Source of the DNA: Candidatus Latescibacterota bacterium
Lineage (GTDB): Bacteria > Latescibacterota > UBA2968 > UBA8231
Assembly (NCBI GenBank): GCA_965261395.1
Contig: OZ253462.1
Span: 6,176,001-6,240,000 of the forward strand
DNA length: 64,000 nt
Reading direction: 5' to 3'
The notes beneath the pieces were generated by a model. The model had not been told where the DNA came from and made no database searches. It saw nothing but the letters and a program-made list of their open reading frames with translations. Position numbers and translations under genes: made by a program. Below are positions 18,127-28,442 of the stretch, piece after piece. Each line of letters begins with the position of its first letter. Position 1 is the first letter of the stretch.

Positions 18127-19638
18127 ATGAGCGATCAGATCCAACAGAAAGACATCAACAGCGCCGCTTGGGCGGCCTGCGACACCTTTCGCGGGGTGAT
18201 GGATGCAGCGGGATACAAAGATTACATCCTCGTAATGTTATTCCTCAAATACATCTCCGATGTCTGGAAAGACCACTACGAGGAATATCAAAAAAGATAC
18301 GGCGACAACGATGAGCGCATCCGGCGCAGGCTGCAAAACGAGCGTTTTGTCCTGCCAAAGGACAGCAGCTTTTACGACCTCTATGAACAGCGCTCGGAAG
18401 CCAATGTTGGCGAACTCATCAATATCGCGCTGGAGGCGATTGAAACGGCGAACAGAGAGAAGCTGGAAGGCGTCTTCCGCAATATAGACTTCAACAGCGA
18501 GGCCAATCTCGGCAAAACCAGAGACCGCAATCGCCGCCTGAAAATGCTGCTGGAAGATTTCAATAAACCCGAATTAAACATGAGCCCCAGCCGCGTCTCA
18601 GAAGATGTCATCGGCAACACCTATATCTATCTGATCGAGCGTTTCGCCTCTGACGCGGGCAAAAAAGCCGGCGAGTTTTATACACCCCATAAGGTGTCCG
18701 AACTGGTGGCGAGACTGTGCGCTCCCGAGCCAGGTGCCCGCATCTGCGATCCCGCCTGCGGTTCTGCGGGGCTGCTGATTGAAGCGGCCCGGCTGGTAGG
18801 CGGCAGGGACTACGCCCTGTACGGCATGGAGGTGAACGGCAGCACCTGGGCACTGGCGCGGATGAACATGTTTCTGAATGGTGCCGACTCCGCCCGCATC
18901 GAATGGTGTAACACCCTTACCTCCCCGGCGCTGGTGGAAAACAACCAACTGATAAAGTTCGACAACGTGGTCGCCAATCCACCGTTTTCGCTCGATAAGT
19001 GGGGTGCAGAAGACGCCGACGCAGACCCGTACAACCGCTTCTGGCGTGGAGTGCCGCCCAAATCCAAGGGCGATTATGCTTTTATCAGCCACATGATAGA
19101 AGCGGCTTTGGAAAAAGAGGGGCGGGTTGCGGTGGTGGCTCCGCACGGCGTTTTGTTCCGGGGCGGTGCCGAAGGACGCATTCGCCAGCAGCTCATTGAA
19201 GAAAACTTGCTCAACGCCGTCATCGGCTTGCCCGGCAATCTGTTCCCGACGACCTCGATACCGGTGGCCATTTTGGTCTTTGACCGCTCGCGTGAGCAAG
19301 GGGGCGCGAATGAGCACCGCAAAGACGTTCTGTTTGTCGATGCAAGCCGCGAATATCAGGCGGGCAAGAATCAAAACACCTTGCTGGACGAGCACCTCGA
19401 AAAGATCACCGCTGCTTATGAAAAACGCGAAGATGAAGACAAATACGCTCACCTCGCCACCTTTGGGGAAATCAAGGAAAACGACTTCAATCTGAACATT
19501 CCGCGCTATGTGGACACCTTTGAGGAAGAGGAGGAGATTGATATTGACGCGGTGGGCAGAGAAATCGATCAGTTGGAAAAGGAATTGAGTGGGGTGCGTG
19601 GGGAGATGGGCAAACTACTGCAAGGGATCCGCAGATGA
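18127..19638 (+). CDS. hsdM: Type I R-M methyltransferase subunit M (m6A)
   Basis: GEFYTP, DPACGS, NPPF, FNLNIPRYVD. Confidence 0.97.
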   Translation: MSDQIQQKDINSAAWAACDTFRGVMDAAGYKDYILVMLFLKYISDVWKDHYEEYQKRYGDNDERIRRRLQNERFVLPKDSSFYDLYEQRSEANVGELINIALEAIETANREKLEGVFRNIDFNSEANLGKTRDRNRRLKMLLEDFNKPELNMSPSRVSEDVIGNTYIYLIERFASDAGKKAGEFYTPHKVSELVARLCAPEPGARICDPACGSAGLLIEAARLVGGRDYALYGMEVNGSTWALARMNMFLNGADSARIEWCNTLTSPALVENNQLIKFDNVVANPPFSLDKWGAEDADADPYNRFWRGVPPKSKGDYAFISHMIEAALEKEGRVAVVAPHGVLFRGGAEGRIRQQLIEENLLNAVIGLPGNLFPTTSIPVAILVFDRSREQGGANEHRKDVLFVDASREYQAGKNQNTLLDEHLEKITAAYEKREDEDKYAHLATFGEIKENDFNLNIPRYVDTFEEEEEIDIDAVGREIDQLEKELSGVRGEMGKLLQGIRR

Positions 19639-19655
19639 CGCAGATGAACGCAGAT
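19627..19655. repeat. Left inverted repeat flanking GxxExxY
   Basis: atccgcagatgacgcagatgaacgcagat. Confidence 0.85.
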
Positions 19656-20080
19656 AATAGGGGAGATGAGGAGACTTACGCGGTTATTGGTGCTGCTATG
19701 GGGCGGTGCATAATGAGCTGGGGTGTGGTTTTCTTGAGGCGGTTTATCAGGAGGCGTTAGAGCAAGAGTTCTTGTTCCGGAGGATATCTTATATTCGTGA
19801 AAAGAAGTTGACTGTACGGTATAAGGGGCAAGAGATGCAATCCTATTACCAAGCAGACTTTATCTGCTTTGACTCTGTGATAGTCGAATTGAAGGCTCTG
19901 CAAAAACTGTCCGGTATTGAAGAGGCTCAAGTCATTAACTACCTCAAGGTATCAGGCTTGAATAAAGCCCTACTCATCAATTTTGGTGCCGCGAGACTAG
20001 AGTACAAAAGGCTGGTGTTTAATCTGCCAACATCTGCGTCATCTGCGTCATCTGCGGATAAAAAAAGGATAAGGGCATGA
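19635..20080 (+). pseudogene. GxxExxY protein (PD-(D/E)xK) with frameshift near 19700
   Basis: TYAVIGAAM (from ATG 19635) is out of frame with VHNELGCGFLEAVYQ; ADFIC...VELK...QVINYL. Confidence 0.8.
20032..20059. repeat. Right inverted repeat flanking GxxExxY
   Basis: atctgcgtcatctgcgtcatctgcggat, reverse complement of left copy with 1 indel. Confidence 0.85.
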
Positions 20081-20126
20081 GCGAAAGTGCAAAAACCTAT
20101 TGGCTGGAATACAAGGAGTCTCAACG

Positions 20127-20456
20127 ATGAGAAAATATCGCGATTACCTGATTGAAAAACTTGCTGACCGAGAGGAGGCAATCTCCTACCTTCAAACGGC
20201 ACTGGAAGAATACCAGAGCGACGGAGACTCGCCTGCATTTCTGCTAGCACTCCGCAGCGTCGTTGAAGCGCAAGGAGGGATTCAAGAAGTGGCGAGGAGA
20301 GCCCATGCTGATCCCCAAAACCTCTTAAGGGCCTTGTCGAGCGAGGGTGAGACGCAGATCGGCACAATTGGGACGGTTCTCAAGGGGCTGGAGTGTCGGC
20401 TGTCGATTGAACCATTGGAGGTACAGATATCCAACCTCGACGTTGCCACCCATTGA
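20127..20456 (+). CDS. Addiction-module antidote (HI1420/HigA-like HTH), orphan
   Basis: YL..ALEE...AFLLALR.VVEAQGG...VA...NL.RALS; preceded by killer-protein C-terminal stub AKTYWLEYK. Confidence 0.8.
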   Translation: MRKYRDYLIEKLADREEAISYLQTALEEYQSDGDSPAFLLALRSVVEAQGGIQEVARRAHADPQNLLRALSSEGETQIGTIGTVLKGLECRLSIEPLEVQISNLDVATH

Positions 20457-20459
20457 AAA

Positions 20460-20754
20460 TCATCTGGCTGACTATCTTTAATGACAACGAATTAGACCAA
20501 GATTCAGTATGTGCAAGTTTTGCACATACTGCCGCTGACGGAATTTTGAGCGATTATCACCCGTCGGTCCGGCGAGGGAAGAATTGCGATGCGTTAGACC
20601 GAGAATTAGTTATCCGGAAATTCCGGACAACTGCCGTGACAGACAAGATCAGTTATTCGAAATCTCCGAATAACTGCCGCCGAGCTTCGATACCATCATA
20701 AAGGTGATGACCGCCTTGGGGCTGAAGCTGCGTGCGGAAGCCATCAAACGTTGA
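20460..20754 (+). pseudogene. Scrambled remnants of RhuM-like and a second HI1420-like gene
   Basis: SVCASFAHTAADG, LVIRKFRTTA; PSFDTIIKVMTALGLKL in another frame. Confidence 0.55.
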
Positions 20755-21927
20755 GTGTGTAAAGTGACTTTGAGTAGAAAGACGGCGAAGAATGAAGCGT
20801 TGCCGAAGGGGTGGCGGCAGGTGAAGTTGGGAGAATTATGTTCTGACATCTCGTATGGATATACTGCTACTGCAAGCAGCAAACCTATAGGTCCCAAGTT
20901 CCTGAGAATTACAGATATTGTCTCAGATCGCATAAACTGGGAAGATGTTCCATATTGCAAAATAGAGGACAGCAAGATAGATAAGTACACTTTAGGAATT
21001 GGGGATATAGTTATCGCAAGGACAGGAGCGACTACCGGATATAATCAGATTATAAGATCAGATGTGCCCTCAGTGTTTGCTTCATACCTAATTCGCTGCA
21101 AATTGAAACAGAGCATAGCGCATCCATTTTTCATTAGCTGCGTTTTGCAATCAGCATATTGGAGGAATTTTATAGAAGGGATCAAAGCTCGTTCTGCACA
21201 GCCAGGAGCAAACGCAAAAGACTTTTCCAGTTTCAGGATCCCCTTACCTACCTTACCTGAACAAAAAGCCATCGCGTCTTTATTGGAAACATGGGACACG
21301 GCGATTGAGAAAACCGAAGCCCTGATCGCGGCGAAGGAGAAGCAATTTGAGTGGCTGCTGAAAACTTTTACTAAACCAGCCAGAGGCTGGAAGAAATCAA
21401 CAATGAGTGATTCTTTTGATCTCGGACGTGGGCGGGTGATTAGCAAAAAATATATAGAAAAAAACAAAGGAATTTATCCTGTTTTTTCATCCCAAACATC
21501 TAATAATGGAGAACTTGGAAAAATCGATACTTTTGATTTTGGAGGCGACTATATTACGTGGACGACTGACGGGGCAAATGCGGGGGAAGTCTTTTTTAGA
21601 ACAGGAAAATTTAATTGCACAAATGTTTGCGAGACAGCGAAATCCAAAGATGAGAAAGAGATTTATGCTTGTTTCATTGCTTACTATCTTAAAGGCAAAA
21701 CCAAAAAATATGTATCTTACGTTGGCAACCCAAAGTTAATGAACGGCGTCTTTGGAACGATACCGATACGCTACCCTTCCTACATTCAACAACAAGTCAT
21801 AGCCCATATACTTAACACTGCACAACAAGAGATTGTTCTTTTGGAGAAGCTCGCAGAGACATACCGAACACAAAAACGCGGCTTGATGCAGAAGTTGCTG
21901 ACGGGGAAATGGCGAATCCAAATATGA
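20755..21927 (+). CDS. hsdS: Type I R-M specificity subunit, two TRDs
   Basis: LPKGWRQVKLGE, PTLPEQKAIA, GLMQKLLTGK; start may be ~20770. Confidence 0.95.
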   Translation: MCKVTLSRKTAKNEALPKGWRQVKLGELCSDISYGYTATASSKPIGPKFLRITDIVSDRINWEDVPYCKIEDSKIDKYTLGIGDIVIARTGATTGYNQIIRSDVPSVFASYLIRCKLKQSIAHPFFISCVLQSAYWRNFIEGIKARSAQPGANAKDFSSFRIPLPTLPEQKAIASLLETWDTAIEKTEALIAAKEKQFEWLLKTFTKPARGWKKSTMSDSFDLGRGRVISKKYIEKNKGIYPVFSSQTSNNGELGKIDTFDFGGDYITWTTDGANAGEVFFRTGKFNCTNVCETAKSKDEKEIYACFIAYYLKGKTKKYVSYVGNPKLMNGVFGTIPIRYPSYIQQQVIAHILNTAQQEIVLLEKLAETYRTQKRGLMQKLLTGKWRIQI

Positions 21928-22116
21928 CTATTTCATGCAATAGAGCTCGCGTTTTGGAGCGTGCGGGCAGAGGCTCTAATCGACATTTTACTCAATACAC
22001 TGAGTAAAATTACTCAAAGCAATGAGCAAAATGACATCCATCAGACCCCAAACATCCGAGATAGCGCCCCCGGCTGTTCATTCAAGTCATATCGGGCGCG
22101 AAATAGTAACGGATTC

Positions 22117-22140
22117 ATCTGCGTCCATCTGCGGATAAAA
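22117..22140. repeat. Third copy of the GxxExxY-associated repeat
   Basis: atctgcgtccatctgcggataaaa; same orientation as the 20032 copy. Confidence 0.75.
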
Positions 22141-22153
22141 TAGGAACAAAACC

Positions 22154-25100
22154 ATGCCCACCTTCCCCTTCAGCGAAAAATACCTCTCCCAACTCCCCGC
22201 CCTACAACAGCTAATCAACCTAGGCTACCAGTATCTCCCCCCCGCCCAAGCAATAACGGAGCGCAGCGGCCGCGCCTCCAACGTCCTCTTGGAAAACATC
22301 CTACGCGACCAGCTCAAAAAAATAAACCGCATCCGCTACAAAGGCGGCGAATACCTGTTCAGCGAGGAGAACATTCAGTCCGCCATCCAGAAAATCAAAA
22401 CCGTCCAATACGACGGCCTGCAAAAAACAAGCGAAGCAATCTACGACCTGCTCACCCTTGGCACGGCGCTTGAACAAACGATCGAAGGCGATGCCAAAAG
22501 TTTTACGCTGAACTACATCGACTGGAAAAATCCCGCCAACAACGCATTCCACGCCGTAGCGGAATTCTCCGTTGAACGCGCCCGCAGCACAGAGACCGCA
22601 AGACCCGACATCGTCCTGTTCGTAAACGGCATCCCCCTAGTCGTGATCGAGTGCAAAGCCCCCGATACGGACGCGGAGCAAGCGGTATCTCAAATGATCC
22701 GCAACCAAGGCGAGGAATACATCCCGCGGCTTTTCACGTACGCACAAGTTCTACTGGCCGTAAACAAAAACGAGGCCAAATACGCAACGGTAGGCACTTC
22801 AAAGGAGTTCTGGAGCGTCTGGGACGAGTTGGATAATTCTGAGCGCGACGTGAACACCTGCATCAATAAAGCGCTTTCCGGTAGAGATAAAGACGCCCTG
22901 TTCTCCGGTGAGTTCGCCTCGGCGCGGTCGCACTTTGACGCACTTGAGTGCAGCGACGACCGACTGGTCACGGAACAGGATCGCTGTCTCTACAGTCTGT
23001 GCCGACCCGAGCGCCTATTGGAGATGATCTTTGGTTTTATAGTCTTTGACGTTGGCAGCAAAAAAATTGCCCGCTACCAGCAGTTCTTCCTGGTCCGTGC
23101 AGCCATGAAGCGCATCAAGCAAAAAGACAACGAAGGTCGCCGCATGGGCGGTATCGTCTGGCACACGCAGGGTTCCGGAAAGTCCATCACCATGGTCATG
23201 CTGACCCGTGCCCTATCCTTGGACCCAGACCTGACCAGCCCGCGAATGATCCTAGTTACAGACCGCAAAGACTTAGACAAACAACTGGGCAATACCTTCG
23301 CAGCCTGTGGCCTAGACAAGGAGCGAGCGACATCCGGGCGCAATCTGATCAGACACATCAAGAACAGAGTGGGCATCATCACCACCCTGATCAATAAGTT
23401 CGACAAAGCACTTTCCGCTGAGAAATACGTGGATGATTCCGCCGATATTATCGTCCTCGTGGACGAAAGCCACCGCACCAACTTCGGCTCCCTAGCGGCA
23501 CGCATGAGACAAATGCTGCCCAATGCCTGCTTTATCGGCTTCACGGGGACGCCGCTGCTTAAAAAAGAAAAGAACAGCTTTGCCCGATTCGGCGGTTTGA
23601 TTGAACCGCATTATTCCGTCCGGCGAGCAATTGAGGACAAAGCGGTGGTTCCCCTGCTGTACGAAGGGCGGCACGTGGAGATGGAGCAGAATCAGGCCGC
23701 CATTGACCTCTGGTTCGCTCGCCACACCGAAGATTTGGCAGACGAACAAAAAGCGGATCTGAAGCGAAAATACGCGCGTGCCCGAGAGTTGAGTAAAACC
23801 GATCAGGTCGTCTATATGTGCGCGTTTGATATTAGCAGACATTTCCAGACTAGTTGGCAAAACACGGGATTTAAGGCGCAGCTTGTAGTGGATAGCAAGA
23901 CGACCGCGCTCAAGTATCACGAATCGCTCAATGATATAGGTGCGGTCTCATCGGAGGTCGTCATCTCCCCACCGGATACGCGGGAAGGGCACGAGGAAGT
24001 AGGCGCGGGGACGACAAGCGAGGTGAGCAAGTTCTGGGACAAAATGATGGCCCGTTATGGCTCCGAGGATCAATACAACAAGCAAATCATCGCTCAGTTC
24101 AAGAACTCGGACAAGCCGGAAATCCTGATCGTAGTGGACAAACTCATCACGGGGTTTGACGCGCCTCGCAATACCGTGCTCTATCTGTGCCGCAAATTGC
24201 GCGAACACACGCTGCTCCAGGCGATTGCCCGCGTTAATCGCCTGCACGAGGGCAAGGAATTCGGCTATATCATCGACTATGCCAATGTGCTGGGTGAACT
24301 GGACAAGGCGCTACACACGTACGACGCGCTTGCGGGCTTTGATGGAGACGACCTTGCGGATTTCCTGACCTCCATCCATGAAGAAGTGTCAAAGCTGCCG
24401 CAGCGCTACTCAGACCTGTGGGACATCTTCAAGGCAATCAAAAATTCCCGCGATGAAGAACGCTACGAAGTGCTGCTAGCTGACGACGCAGTGCGGGATG
24501 AGTTTTACGCGCGCCTCACGGAATACGGCAAGAACCTTGCCATTGCACTCTCAGCCGAGCAGTTCATTATGCAGATCGACGAGGAGCAACTAGAACGCTA
24601 CAAAAACGACCTCAAGCGTTTCCAGAAACTGAGATCGGCAGTCCAACATCGCTACGCCGAAACCATTGATTATCGCGACTATGAACCCCGGATTAGAAAA
24701 TTGCTGGATACGCATATTCAGGCTAACGAAGTCACTCGGTTAAACGACCCCGTGAATATCTTCGATAACAGAACCTTCTCTATGGTCAAAGAGGAACGAG
24801 GCGTCTATCAAGCCAAGACTACGGCGGCAAGGGCCGATATTATCGCCCATGAGACCAAGCACACAATTACTGAAAACATGGATAAAGACCCGGCTTTTTA
24901 CGAGAAATTCTCAAAGCTCATTCAAGACGCAATTGACGGTTTTAGGAATCAGCGCATCTCAGACCTTGAGTATTTGCAAAAGGTGAGTGCTATCCGCGAT
25001 GAGGTCGCCAACACACAACGCGACGATGTCCCCGACTCTATCCGCGACAACGAGGAGGCCAGCGCGTATTTTGGGGCGATCAAATCTTGTCTGACTGAGG

Positions 25101-25357
25101 TGGGCGAAAGCCGAGCTGACTATGTCGCCGCAGAAACGGCGCTTGCCGTCAAAAGCGCGCTAGAAAAGAATTGGAAGGTGGACTTTTGGAACGATAGCGA
25201 CGCGCAAAACACCGCAAAAAACGAGATGGATGATTTCTTTTACGACGTGGTAAAAGATGGGCATGGCATTGATTTATCGTCGGAACAGATGGACGAAATG
25301 ATCAGCCAAACAATGCAGATAGCCAAATTCTGGAGACGCTCTTATGGCAATCTATAG
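22154..25357 (+). CDS. hsdR: Type I R-M restriction subunit R
   Basis: RPDIVLFVNGIP.VVIECK, HTQGSGKS, DESHR, FTGTP, QAIARVNR. Confidence 0.97.
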   Translation: MPTFPFSEKYLSQLPALQQLINLGYQYLPPAQAITERSGRASNVLLENILRDQLKKINRIRYKGGEYLFSEENIQSAIQKIKTVQYDGLQKTSEAIYDLLTLGTALEQTIEGDAKSFTLNYIDWKNPANNAFHAVAEFSVERARSTETARPDIVLFVNGIPLVVIECKAPDTDAEQAVSQMIRNQGEEYIPRLFTYAQVLLAVNKNEAKYATVGTSKEFWSVWDELDNSERDVNTCINKALSGRDKDALFSGEFASARSHFDALECSDDRLVTEQDRCLYSLCRPERLLEMIFGFIVFDVGSKKIARYQQFFLVRAAMKRIKQKDNEGRRMGGIVWHTQGSGKSITMVMLTRALSLDPDLTSPRMILVTDRKDLDKQLGNTFAACGLDKERATSGRNLIRHIKNRVGIITTLINKFDKALSAEKYVDDSADIIVLVDESHRTNFGSLAARMRQMLPNACFIGFTGTPLLKKEKNSFARFGGLIEPHYSVRRAIEDKAVVPLLYEGRHVEMEQNQAAIDLWFARHTEDLADEQKADLKRKYARARELSKTDQVVYMCAFDISRHFQTSWQNTGFKAQLVVDSKTTALKYHESLNDIGAVSSEVVISPPDTREGHEEVGAGTTSEVSKFWDKMMARYGSEDQYNKQIIAQFKNSDKPEILIVVDKLITGFDAPRNTVLYLCRKLREHTLLQAIARVNRLHEGKEFGYIIDYANVLGELDKALHTYDALAGFDGDDLADFLTSIHEEVSKLPQRYSDLWDIFKAIKNSRDEERYEVLLADDAVRDEFYARLTEYGKNLAIALSAEQFIMQIDEEQLERYKNDLKRFQKLRSAVQHRYAETIDYRDYEPRIRKLLDTHIQANEVTRLNDPVNIFDNRTFSMVKEERGVYQAKTTAARADIIAHETKHTITENMDKDPAFYEKFSKLIQDAIDGFRNQRISDLEYLQKVSAIRDEVANTQRDDVPDSIRDNEEASAYFGAIKSCLTEVGESRADYVAAETALAVKSALEKNWKVDFWNDSDAQNTAKNEMDDFFYDVVKDGHGIDLSSEQMDEMISQTMQIAKFWRRSYGNL

Positions 25358-26489
25358 CAATCCTAAATCATTTAAGAGATATTGCATATTGTTTCAACTT
25401 GGGGAAATGGAAGTATCTGCTCTGTCGAATTCCCTTGACGAATAGGTCTTTAATCTGTTCAAAACAGGTGGTCCATAACGCATGGGTGCGCACAAAGGTT
25501 TTGCCTTTTAACCAGAGGTCTTCGACCGGATTTTCTTGCGGTGCATACGGGGCCAATCGCGTACCGTCGATCTTCCACTCGTGGGGTGCTCGATCGGCTT
25601 GGAGCGCTTGCAGAAAATCACGCATGGCCCGTTGGTGATGATAGGAAACGCCGTCCCCAAAGATCAACAACTTTTGCCCGGGACGACGCTGTTGTAGGTA
25701 GCGTACAAAGTCCACGGTATGCTGTGAGTTGGCCTTCGGGTAGCTTTGCATGAGGAAGGTGCCCTTGACCACATCCAAGGCTCCATAATAGGTTTGTCGT
25801 TGGCGGCCATTTTCAATGGAAACCTCAAGCCGTTGGTCTTGGCGTCCCCAAGCATAGCCACAGGCTTCGTCCCCGTGCAGGTGCGACTCATCAACGAAAA
25901 AGGCACTGACGTGGCCGGCTTCAAGATCGGCTTTATGATCGGCTAGTTTTTTTTAATGACTTCTCGCTGGTCCATCGCCTGTTGCAGATCAGCTTTCGGC
26001 CTACGGGCTTGCGTCTTTTTCCAGCTATAGCGAGCCTGCGAAAGTAGGTCGTAATAGCTTTGCGACGAGCGAAAGACCACGCCAAACTGGGTTTGGATAT
26101 AGGCGGCTAACCCGGCGACCGAAGGCGGCGGTTGGGTGGCTAACCACGCGTGGATTTGTGCACATTGATCGGCCGACAAAAAAGGCTGCGACCCGGTATA
26201 AGCCAAGCGCAAACCGTCCACGCCCTCGGCCTGATAGCGTTTCTTCCACGTGCTAATGAAGCTCGACGGTACGCCGAGAATGGATTGAATCACCCGTTGT
26301 TTGAAGCCCAACTGCGTCCTGTGAACCGCTAACGCCCGTTTCAATTCCCGTGCATCGGGATTGCTGGCGATAAACGCCGTAAGAGAAGTATCCGAAGGCA
26401 TAGATATGCTCCTAAAAAAGGGGGGCCATACCAAACGCAGGATAACATAGAAAAATTAAATAATGCTCTCAACTCATTCAGGATTGCTA
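25355..26489 (-). mobile_element. IS630-family element
   Basis: TIR tagcaatcctRaat at both ends, TA duplication 25353-25354 / 26490-26491. Confidence 0.9.
25368..26401 (-). CDS. IS630 transposase, orfA/orfB with -1 frameshift at an A8 run (~25950)
   Basis: HTH orfA ends IKKN*; orfB open from slip site: VDESH, DGVSYH, ENPVE. Confidence 0.85.
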
Positions 26490-26494
26490 TATGA

Positions 26495-26617
26495 TTCACA
26501 GCTCAGGGTAAACCTCTGCATATTGTGTGCGGCGAAATTGACAATCGCGTGGTCATTATTACCGTTTATATTCCAATACCACCGAAATTCAAAAACCCAT
26601 ATCAAAGAGGTGCCTGA
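26495..26617 (+). pseudogene. C-terminal remnant of a DUF4258-type toxin
   Basis: GKPLHIVCG...IITVYIP...; stop overlaps the YgiT-type ATG. Confidence 0.7.
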
Positions 26618-26877
26618 TGAAAACAGGCTGTTCTTTTTGTGGTCATAAGGAACTTCAGTCTCGTCAAACCCAGTACATTTATCGGCACAATGGCCAATTT
26701 CTCATTGTGGATGACGTACCCTGTCTCCAATGCGCGTACTGTGGCGAACAGTACTTTGAAGGTCTCGTATTGAGAGATATAGAAAAGAGATTCAACGAAC
26801 TCCATGTACATGGGCAGAAAGCGAGCAAAGAGGTTCAAATTCCCGTTGAACACTTCTCGAACCTGCATCAAGTCTGA
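26617..26877 (+). CDS. YgiT/MqsA-type zinc-finger protein
   Basis: CSFCG...VPCLQCAYCGEQYF. Confidence 0.85.
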   Translation: MKTGCSFCGHKELQSRQTQYIYRHNGQFLIVDDVPCLQCAYCGEQYFEGLVLRDIEKRFNELHVHGQKASKEVQIPVEHFSNLHQV

Positions 26878-26905
26878 CGTAGCGTAGCCAAAGAGATCTC
26901 GTTTT

Positions 26906-26974
26906 CATGGGTGTGCGTTGATCCGCGAAGGCCGCAGACACTCGATCTGGGTCAACCCGGCCAATGGAAGTTGA
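26906..26974 (+). pseudogene. HicA toxin fragment
   Basis: HGCALIREGRRHSIWVNP. Confidence 0.6.
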
Positions 26975-26997
26975 AGGCGGCAAGAGAGGATCATGCG

Positions 26998-28326
26998 ATG
27001 AAACGGATTACAACAAACTGGCTGCGGTGCTATGCAGTTCTCGTACTCATCGGAGCGAATTCGGCGGATGCCCAAACTGCACAGGCTATCGCCAAGAAGG
27101 CGTTCGGTTCCACTGTGCTGTTGGTCATGGAGGACGCAAACGGCCAGCCGCTCTCCCTTGGCAGCGGCTTTTTCGTAGGTGCCGGAGAGATCGCCAGCAA
27201 CCTGCATGTTGTCGAAGGTGCGGTGCGCGGGTACGCGAAGCTGATTGGTCAGAAGACAAAGCACGACCTTGAAGGCATCACAGCAGTTGATCCCAGACGA
27301 GATCTGGTAGTAATCAAGATCGCCGCCGCTGGCTCACCAGTCCTACCCCTTGGTAACAGCGACGCCGTGCAGGTTGGCGAACCTGTTTACGCTGTAGGTA
27401 ACCCACAGGGATTGGAGGGTACGTTTTCTCAAGGAGTCGTGAGCAGCATCCGCGAAGTTGGCACTGACAAGCTGCTCCAGATTACGGCTCCGATCTCTCC
27501 GGGTAGCAGCGGCGGTCCAGTGCTCAACGGTAAGGGTGAGGTCATCGGTGTTTCAGTGGCGACCTTCAGAGGTGGACAGAACCTGAACTTCGCTATCCCC
27601 TCAAACTATCTGAAGTTGCTGCTTGAGGAGGCAGGAGTTGCAAAGCCACTTGCACAAGCGAAACCCAGTAAGGTCGAGCATTCGATTTTAGCAGACCTCG
27701 GGGGCCGCAGCTCCGAAGGGGTCGTCGCCAGTCATTTTTTTTGGAGTGCCAGTGAGTTGAGTGGGTCTTATACGTTTTCTGTTCGCAATCAGCTACGTGA
27801 GCCGGTTAGGGATGTTGTCTGCTTAGTCATCTTCTTTGCGCACGACGACTTGCCAATAGAAACTGAGATGGTAACAATAAGCGGTCCAGTTGGAGGAAAT
27901 CTCGCCCGTCGGTCTCCGAGTTTGGGTCGCCTCTTCGCAGATGAGGTGCGGAATCTTACAGCGAAGACAGAGATACTAATTTTGGATTTTCGATTAAAGG
28001 AAGAGGTGGTTGAGGAAGTCGAGTTGGAAGAAGAGGAGGAGATCGTCGAGTTGTGGCGGGTGGAGAAGAAGCCCGTGCTCACCAAGAGAGTAGAGCCGGA
28101 GTATCCGGCTACCGCTCAGGAGGACAACATCACCGGCAAGGTGTTTGTCATGGTGCTAGTCGGCAAAGACGGCAAGGTCGAAGAGATCGGCAAGATCACG
28201 GGTCCCAAGGTTTTTCACGAGGTCGCCAAAGCCGCCGCTCTCCAGTGGGAGTTTACGCCGGCGATGCAAAACGACAGGCCCATCAAGGTCTGGGCCAGCC
28301 TGCCCTTCACCTTCAGGATGAATTGA
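26998..28326 (+). CDS. Secreted trypsin-like serine protease fused to TonB C-terminal domain
   Basis: SNLHVV, RDLVV, SPGSSGGP triad; C-terminal PEYP...GKV.V.VLV..DGKV...WEFTPA. Confidence 0.85.
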   Translation: MKRITTNWLRCYAVLVLIGANSADAQTAQAIAKKAFGSTVLLVMEDANGQPLSLGSGFFVGAGEIASNLHVVEGAVRGYAKLIGQKTKHDLEGITAVDPRRDLVVIKIAAAGSPVLPLGNSDAVQVGEPVYAVGNPQGLEGTFSQGVVSSIREVGTDKLLQITAPISPGSSGGPVLNGKGEVIGVSVATFRGGQNLNFAIPSNYLKLLLEEAGVAKPLAQAKPSKVEHSILADLGGRSSEGVVASHFFWSASELSGSYTFSVRNQLREPVRDVVCLVIFFAHDDLPIETEMVTISGPVGGNLARRSPSLGRLFADEVRNLTAKTEILILDFRLKEEVVEEVELEEEEEIVELWRVEKKPVLTKRVEPEYPATAQEDNITGKVFVMVLVGKDGKVEEIGKITGPKVFHEVAKAAALQWEFTPAMQNDRPIKVWASLPFTFRMN

Positions 28327-28359
28327 CATAGATCCAATTATCGGCCCAAGAAAGTCGTC

Positions 28360-28440
28360 TATCTTCTGCATCATCTGTGTCTGGACAGAGGGTATGAACC
28401 GCCGACAATCTGTACCCCACAAGAACTGATGGAGGCCTGA
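28360..28440 (+). pseudogene. C-terminal remnant of a PIN-domain toxin
   Basis: GYEPPTICTPQELM. Confidence 0.6.
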
Positions 28441-28442
28441 AG

